In this document: piece after piece, positions 58,238 to 64,000 of the stretch
Position numbering within the stretch: the first letter of the stretch is position 1
Layout of the letters: each line of letters starts with the position of its first letter
Source of the DNA: a virus
Virus record (IMG/VR): IMGVR_UViG_3300024348_000004
Direction: 5' to 3' (one strand)
Length of the DNA stretch: 64,000 bases
Notes under the pieces: generated by a model
Told to the model about the DNA's origin: nothing
What the model saw: only the letters and a program-made list of their open reading frames with translations
Database searches by the model: none
Translations under genes and position numbers: made by a program

Positions 58238-59356
58238 ATGGCTATAGGATTTACACAACAAAATAACCCTTTCACATTCCAACAAACGTTGAGTGTGGAA
58301 ACTGAAGGAAGAAGACCTGTACCTGCTATAGCACAACAACCAGCTACGTATTCATATCCTGCTATCGGACAACAAGAGTATCAAGTTACGTATCAACACC
58401 CTGCTAGTTACAGAACACCTGTTATCGGTACTCAACCATATACTGCAAATGCTCAAGCACAGACGACTTATCAGAGTCCATTTACATATTCAAGAACAGC
58501 ATTCAAAGAAATACAGGTAACTATACAACAAAATGCTCCGTATATAAACCAACAACCTTCTACATATCAGCATCAGAGTCCGACTACTTCACAGCAACCG
58601 TCTACTTATCAACATAGACAACCTGCTACATACCAAGTTGCATATCAACACCCGACAACATATTCTAGACAAGGTGTTGCACAAACACAGGTGTCTTATA
58701 GACATCCATTTACATATGCTAGACAAGGACAAACACCGTTTACATATACTAGAGAAGCTAGACAACCTTATATTGCTAATGCTAGACAACCTACTACATA
58801 CCCTGTAATAAGCACGAGGAATTATAATCATCAGCAACCAGCGATAACAACATATCCATATACTGCTGATGCACAGACACCGTTCACCTATCAACATAGA
58901 CAACCTAGTACTGCAGTTGCTAATGCTCAGACACCATTTACGTATCAGAATAGGAATCCATTTACATATAGGAATCCTGTAAATGCACAGACACCTTACA
59001 TTGCTAATGCACAGACACCTTATATTTTACAGAGGGCATATAACACCCCTGTTATTAGGATAACACAACAACCTTATCCGTATATTGCGAATGCACAGCA
59101 ACCTTATATTGCTAATGCTAGACAACCCACTACATACCAAGTTACGTATCAAGTTGCATATCAAGTGCAACAACCTTACATATATCAACAAGATTATAGT
59201 ACAACTAGAAGTATTGGGCCGATCGCTAAAGTTAAAGGGATATATGTAAATGATGGAAACCAAATAAAGAAACTAGATAAAGTGTACGTCAATGATAGTG
59301 GCACTGTTGAGAAGATTCACCAATCTGTTCCAACTGCACAGTTTAGTAAAACATAA
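58238..59356 (+). CDS. Q/P/Y/T-rich fibre chain B with C-terminal attachment hairpins
   Basis: Residues 11-313 with all Pro at odd positions; C-terminal 'KGIYVNDG...KVYVNDSG'. Confidence 0.75.
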   Translation: MAIGFTQQNNPFTFQQTLSVETEGRRPVPAIAQQPATYSYPAIGQQEYQVTYQHPASYRTPVIGTQPYTANAQAQTTYQSPFTYSRTAFKEIQVTIQQNAPYINQQPSTYQHQSPTTSQQPSTYQHRQPATYQVAYQHPTTYSRQGVAQTQVSYRHPFTYARQGQTPFTYTREARQPYIANARQPTTYPVISTRNYNHQQPAITTYPYTADAQTPFTYQHRQPSTAVANAQTPFTYQNRNPFTYRNPVNAQTPYIANAQTPYILQRAYNTPVIRITQQPYPYIANAQQPYIANARQPTTYQVTYQVAYQVQQPYIYQQDYSTTRSIGPIAKVKGIYVNDGNQIKKLDKVYVNDSGTVEKIHQSVPTAQFSKT

Positions 59357-59361
59357 AAAGG

Positions 59362-59369
59362 TATAAATA
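59362..59369 (+). promoter_or_regulatory. Late promoter
   Basis: TATAAATA, 5 nt before ATG. Confidence 0.8.
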
Positions 59370-59374
59370 GTTAA

Positions 59375-59707
59375 ATGGCCATAATTGCAAATATATTCGT
59401 AGACCAAGGTGCTGACTTTCAGATTACTGTTGACGTTACAGATGTTAACGGTGCAATTTTGAATATGTCAGGGTATAGTGCAACAGGACAAATTCGAAAA
59501 ACTTATGAATCTAGTACAGTAGCAGCAACATTTGCTTGTACTGTAACAGATGCTACAGGACAGGTCACTATGTCACTCAGCGACACTGTAACAGCAGCTA
59601 TGAGTCCAGGCAGGTATGTTTATGACTTGGTCACAACTGATGGTAATGGTCTCAAGACACGTGTTGTTGAAGGACAAGCTATAATTACGCCGGGAGTTAC
59701 AAGATGA
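59375..59707 (+). CDS. Virion structural adaptor (BppU-N-like beta-sandwich)
   Basis: 'NIFVDQGADF', 'GRYVYDL', 'RVVEG..IITPGVT'. Confidence 0.7.
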   Translation: MAIIANIFVDQGADFQITVDVTDVNGAILNMSGYSATGQIRKTYESSTVAATFACTVTDATGQVTMSLSDTVTAAMSPGRYVYDLVTTDGNGLKTRVVEGQAIITPGVTR

Positions 59708-59958
59708 GCAATATTAAAGGAACATTAAGTAGAGTCGCAACAATAGGCGGCAGAGTACAAGGTGGAAGCAATCTACGTGCGAAACAAGTTGCAGTAGGAA
59801 ATGCTGCTTCTGTTGCGGGCGGTTCGGACTTAACTACAAAATCAATCAATGAACTTGCAGACGTAAACGCAACTGAAACAGATGACGGTCTTCTATCTTA
59901 CGATGCTGCTTCAGATAAGTGGACTACAACTACCATCCTCGATGGTGGAACATTCTAA
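59704..59958 (+). CDS. Small fibre-linker protein ending in DGGTF
   Basis: 'INELADV', 'LLSYDA..DKW', C-terminal LDGGTF. Confidence 0.65.
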   Translation: MSNIKGTLSRVATIGGRVQGGSNLRAKQVAVGNAASVAGGSDLTTKSINELADVNATETDDGLLSYDAASDKWTTTTILDGGTF

Positions 59959-59982
59959 TTGTCTAAATAAAAGACAAATCAA

Positions 59983-60060
59983 GGTTGTCGACAGTGAGAC
60001 AGCGACCCACATAGTGAGTGGACAGAATACATAATGAATCATATTCTAGACAACTAGAAT
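59983..60060 (+). promoter_or_regulatory. Structured leader with twin AGTGA-loop hairpins
   Basis: TGTC-gacagtga-GACA and CCAC-atagtga-GTGG, downstream of TCTAAATA (59962). Confidence 0.45.
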
Positions 60061-60106
60061 TAACATAATTTTATTAAAAAATAACTAATTTTTTCAGGAG
60101 AAAAAA

Positions 60107-61738
60107 ATGGCAACAGTAATTCAAATTAAAAGAAGTACAGGTGTTGCGGCTCCATCTACGAGTGATTTATCAGTAGGTGAGTTGGCATATGTACAAGATA
60201 GAGCGAATTCGGGAGCTGGTGCGAAACTATATATCGAATCAGTAGACTCAGATAACTCTACTCCACTTATTCAAGCAATTGGTGGTAAATATTATACGGA
60301 TATACTAGGTGGTTCAGCTGCAACACCTGCTAACTTTAAAGTTGGTAATGGTGCAACTGCTGGTGCAAGTGTACAGTTATTGGAAGATTCAGACAACGGA
60401 ACAAACTTCGTTGCATTGAAAGCTGCCGATACATTAGCTGCATCAACTACATTCGTACTTCCAACTGCAGACGGTTCTGCAAACCAAGTAATTGGTACAG
60501 ATGGTAGTGGAAACTTATCATTCTTATCAACAACATCAACACTAGCAGGTGCAACGGATTCAGATATCTCTTCTCCAGTAGCAGGACACGTTCTTGTTCA
60601 TGACGGAAGTAACTCATTTGACAACGTAGCATTTAGTGGTGACGTAACATTAGCATCTAGTGGTGCTGTAACAATCGGTGCCGATAAAATTACAACTGCT
60701 AAGATTCTTGACGCTAACGTAACAGTAGGAAAAATTGACTTCTTAGTAGATGAAGATGACATGTCTTCAGACTCTGCAGTTAAAGTTCCTTCTCAGCAAT
60801 CTGTTAAAGCATATGTAGATTCAAACATCACAGCACAAGACTTAGACATGGCTGGTGACAGTGGAAGTGGTTCAGTCGACTTAGACTCTCAGTCAATCAC
60901 ATTTAGTGGTGGAACTGGTGTAACAACTTCTGTATCAGGTCAAACAGTAGATTTATCTATTGGTCAGGCAGTTGCAACAACATCTAACGTAACTTTCAAC
61001 AACGTAGACGTTGATGGAACACTTACATCGGATGATATTACATCTACAAACATCAGTGTTGCAGGTAATGCTACAATCACTGGAAACTTAACTGTACAAG
61101 GCACAACAACAACTGTAGACTCAACAACAGTTTCAATTGCAGACCCAGTGTTTGAAATTGGTTCTGATGCTTCAGATGATAACTTAGATAGAGGTATTAA
61201 ATTCAAATATAACGATGGAGCTGCTAAACTCGGTTTCTTCGGTATGGACGAAAATAATCAAAAATTTGTTGCTCTTAAAGCTGCAACAGATTCTTCTTCA
61301 GTATTCAGTGGTACAGCAATGGACGCTGTATTCGGTGGATTAACAGTATCAAGTGTATCATCAACTGGTGATTTATCAGGTGCTGACCTTTCATTAAGTG
61401 GTGCAATTACAGGTTATGCTGGTTCAGCTCTTACTGCTGGTGAGTTATTCATTGCGAATGGTTCTACTGGTGAAATGGAAGCTGCAGTTTTAACTGCTGG
61501 AGAAGGTATTGATGTAACTAATGCTGACGGTGCAATCACATTGTCTGCAGAAGACGCTACAACATCTAATAAAGGTATCGCAAGTTTTGCTTCTGCTATC
61601 TTTGATGTTTCAAGTGGTGCTGTATCTATTAAAGATGCAACTGCTTCAGTAAAAGGTATTGCTTCATTTTCTTCAAGCAACTTTACAGTATCAAGTGGTG
61701 CGGTAACAGTTACTGCTATTGACGGCGGAACATTTTAA
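60107..61738 (+). CDS. Tail fibre protein
   Basis: 'MATVIQIKRS...GELAY', 'GNLTVQGTTTTVDST', C-terminal IDGGTF. Confidence 0.8.
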   Translation: MATVIQIKRSTGVAAPSTSDLSVGELAYVQDRANSGAGAKLYIESVDSDNSTPLIQAIGGKYYTDILGGSAATPANFKVGNGATAGASVQLLEDSDNGTNFVALKAADTLAASTTFVLPTADGSANQVIGTDGSGNLSFLSTTSTLAGATDSDISSPVAGHVLVHDGSNSFDNVAFSGDVTLASSGAVTIGADKITTAKILDANVTVGKIDFLVDEDDMSSDSAVKVPSQQSVKAYVDSNITAQDLDMAGDSGSGSVDLDSQSITFSGGTGVTTSVSGQTVDLSIGQAVATTSNVTFNNVDVDGTLTSDDITSTNISVAGNATITGNLTVQGTTTTVDSTTVSIADPVFEIGSDASDDNLDRGIKFKYNDGAAKLGFFGMDENNQKFVALKAATDSSSVFSGTAMDAVFGGLTVSSVSSTGDLSGADLSLSGAITGYAGSALTAGELFIANGSTGEMEAAVLTAGEGIDVTNADGAITLSAEDATTSNKGIASFASAIFDVSSGAVSIKDATASVKGIASFSSSNFTVSSGAVTVTAIDGGTF

Positions 61739-61776
61739 TTAATAATCCAAATTAACCGATTCAATAGGAGAATAAA

Positions 61777-62601
61777 ATGGCAACAGTAATCCAATTTAAA
61801 AGAAGTTCTACTCAGAATGCATTACCAGGCGTAAGTGACCTTGCACTTGGTGAACTGGCGGTAAACACCTATCACGGTAGGTTTTACACTGAGAAGAATG
61901 ATGGTTCTGCTGCTGTTGTAGAGGTTGGGTCTAACCCAACTTCTCTAACTATCAATGATGCTTTAACATTCCCAACTGCAGACGGTTCTAGTGGACAGTT
62001 ATTATCAACAAATGGAAGTGGAACTTTAGGTTTCGTAAATGCACCAAGCACTGGTGTAACAACTTTCAAGTATGATATAACTGGTAACACAACCGTAATT
62101 TCAGGTTCAGATGATAATGGTGTAACACTTGCTTACACTGTTGGACTAGAACAAGTCTATCTGAATGGTGTTAAATTAGTGAGTGGTGATGACTATGCTA
62201 CAACTAGTACTTCAGTTATCACATTACAGGCGAACGCTGTGGCGGGAGATGTATTACAAGTAGTTGCACAGACTTCAATATCAAACCTTGTACAAGGTTT
62301 CTTCACAACAGTTGCTTTAACAGCAACGACTGCTGACCAAGTATTGACTTCTAACGCAAAAGCAGTAATTGCAATTAAACATGTAATTGTTGCAACACAT
62401 GCTACTGGTGGTACTCACGCTGCTGAGGTTCTTTTAATCAATGACGGTTCGAATGTATACTTCGTTCAGTATGGTGATGCATACTCAGGTTCATCTCTAT
62501 TCACACTTTCTAGTGATATGAATAGTAATAACATGAGATTGCTAGTAACACCTGCTAATACGAATACTACATTTAAAACGTTCCAAATTAGAATGCAATA
62601 G
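61777..62601 (+). CDS. Tail fibre protein
   Basis: 'MATVIQFKRS...GELAVN', 'VYLNGVKL'; shared C-terminal domain. Confidence 0.75.
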   Translation: MATVIQFKRSSTQNALPGVSDLALGELAVNTYHGRFYTEKNDGSAAVVEVGSNPTSLTINDALTFPTADGSSGQLLSTNGSGTLGFVNAPSTGVTTFKYDITGNTTVISGSDDNGVTLAYTVGLEQVYLNGVKLVSGDDYATTSTSVITLQANAVAGDVLQVVAQTSISNLVQGFFTTVALTATTADQVLTSNAKAVIAIKHVIVATHATGGTHAAEVLLINDGSNVYFVQYGDAYSGSSLFTLSSDMNSNNMRLLVTPANTNTTFKTFQIRMQ

Positions 62602-62614
62602 GGAGGCATAAGAA

Positions 62615-63025
62615 ATGGCTAAAACAAGAGGTTTCGAACTTGCCGAGTTAATCCGTGGTATACAGTTTGATGTCAGTAATGATGTTATTACTACTACAAA
62701 GGATATTCGTTCTAATGGACATACACAGGGTGGTTCTACCACTACTGCAGTAACAGAAGTTGCTATCGATACGTTTGCTCATGCAACGTATAGGGCTGCA
62801 AGATATGTTGTTGCTATGTCTTCGGGTTCAGATTTTCACTCTACTGAAATTGTCGTAGTACATGACGGTTCAGCAGTGACTCTAACTCAATATGGAACAT
62901 TGAAATCATCTAACCTTGCATCGTTTGATGCTGACATTAGTGGTACAGATGTAAGATTGAAAGTAACTCCAGCAAGTAGTTCATCTACAGTTATCAAATT
63001 TGATAGGACAACGGTAGACGCTTAA
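62615..63025 (+). CDS. Virion structural protein
   Basis: 'IDTF...YRAARYVV...TEIVVVHDG...QYG' domain shared with neighbours. Confidence 0.7.
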   Translation: MAKTRGFELAELIRGIQFDVSNDVITTTKDIRSNGHTQGGSTTTAVTEVAIDTFAHATYRAARYVVAMSSGSDFHSTEIVVVHDGSAVTLTQYGTLKSSNLASFDADISGTDVRLKVTPASSSSTVIKFDRTTVDA

Positions 63026-63045
63026 TCATTAAAAAAACTATTTTT

Positions 63046-63071
63046 AGGGGACTTTTCAGTCCCCTTTTTTT
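63046..63071 (+). terminator. Rho-independent terminator
   Basis: AGGGGACT-TTTC-AGTCCCCT followed by a T-run. Confidence 0.85.
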
Positions 63072-63084
63072 AACTCTCATAATG

Positions 63085-63092
63085 TATAAATA
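63085..63092 (+). promoter_or_regulatory. Late promoter
   Basis: TATAAATA, 5 nt before ATG. Confidence 0.8.
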
Positions 63093-63097
63093 GTATC

Positions 63098-63841
63098 ATG
63101 GCAACGAAATCAAAGTTCTACACAGACCTAGGGATAGCATCCCAAGATAACTCGACAGTAGATGGGGACTTAACGGTCACTGGAAATCTAACTGTTTCGG
63201 GTACTAGTTTTACAATTGATTCAACAACAGTTTCTGTTACAGATTCTATGTTTGAACTTGCAAGTGGGAACACTTCAAGTGACTTAATCGATATTGGTCT
63301 TTATGGAAACTATGATGATGGATTGTCAGATGGCGCAACTGAATATACTGGTTTATTTAGAGATGCTTCCGACTCAACATGGAAGTTGTTTGACGGATTA
63401 GAATTAGAACCAGGCAATACTGTTGACGCTACTGGTTCAGGATTTGCATTTGCAGATTTTAAAGCTGGTGATATAGAAGCGACAGGTCAGTTGACAGCAG
63501 TTGGGCCACTGAGTTTAGGTAATCTAAGAGTAGATGCTGATGATTCAGTCACTACAACTTCAACAACTGAAGCTACATTAGATACGTTTTCACTACTAGC
63601 ATACAGAAGTGGAAAGTATCATTTACAGGCAACTAGTGGAAGTAATTATCATGCAACAGAAGTTATGGTAATACATGATGGAAGTAATGCTTACTTTTCA
63701 CAATACGGTGATATAACAACAGGAACTTCGTTATTTACCCTATCTGTTGACACTTCCTCGGGTAGTGTTAGACTTAGAGTCATCCCCGCTTCAGCAAATT
63801 CAACAGTATTCAAATTTAGTAGAAATATTTTAAAAGTTTAA
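63098..63841 (+). CDS. Tail fibre-associated protein
   Basis: 'GNLTVSGT..TIDST', 'GLFRDASD..WKLF'; shared C-terminal domain. Confidence 0.75.
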   Translation: MATKSKFYTDLGIASQDNSTVDGDLTVTGNLTVSGTSFTIDSTTVSVTDSMFELASGNTSSDLIDIGLYGNYDDGLSDGATEYTGLFRDASDSTWKLFDGLELEPGNTVDATGSGFAFADFKAGDIEATGQLTAVGPLSLGNLRVDADDSVTTTSTTEATLDTFSLLAYRSGKYHLQATSGSNYHATEVMVIHDGSNAYFSQYGDITTGTSLFTLSVDTSSGSVRLRVIPASANSTVFKFSRNILKV

Positions 63842-63924
63842 CCCGATTCACCTTGTTATGAACACTCCAATGTTCTAAATACAGTAGTAAGAAATCACAT
63901 TTAACGTACAGGACACACGCAAAA

Positions 63925-64000
63925 ATGGCAACACAAAACAAATTTGTAGTAGAGTACGGAGTCAGTGTTGGAACCACCGAAGTAATTAATTCATCAGGAA
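63925..64000 (+). CDS. Start of next structural gene (truncated by window)
   Basis: MATQNKFVVEYGVSVGTTEVINSSG; TCTAAATA at 63874. Confidence 0.6.
   Translation, partial: MATQNKFVVEYGVSVGTTEVINSSG

Noticed and set aside
56626-59356. CRISPR array or DGR template/variable repeats
   Set aside because: Repeats are degenerate at synonymous positions and in frame (protein-level); no spacers, no adenine-specific variation, no reverse transcriptase in the window
5451-62742. Numerous antisense and alternate-frame ORFs in the track
   Set aside because: Nested in well-supported genes with no motifs; shadow ORFs

Overview
A 64-kb segment of an AT-rich T4-like myovirus, probably marine. The bS21, IscA, RimK, glycine-zipper and lipoprotein genes suggest a gammaproteobacterial host (inference). 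About 1-28.6 kb holds accessory and replication genes: 2OG-Fe(II) oxygenases, tRNA-Ala, a DUF262-HNH nuclease, MazG, a methyltransferase, a split carbamoyltransferase, IscA, a RimK-protease fusion, RNase H, radical SAM, SDR, a SleB-like hydrolase, gp33, gp59, gp32 and bS21. About 28.6-64 kb is the tail/baseplate/fibre module. The most striking finding is two adjacent Q/P/Y/T-rich genes (56626-59356) whose ~330-residue repeat regions are positional mirror images, implying a ~100 nm two-chain antiparallel beta-ribbon fibre with a tip domain. Other findings: a ~360-nt structured ncRNA with complementary loops (4035-4400), a probable -1 frameshift fusing gp26 to gp51, a ribosome-targeting cassette (structured RNA, bS21, GGKGS peptide, unlisted ArfA-like ORF), systematic leaderless late genes, and a RimK fusion with a capsid-targeting-like N-terminus. 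All family assignments come from motif recognition by eye; no database searches were run.
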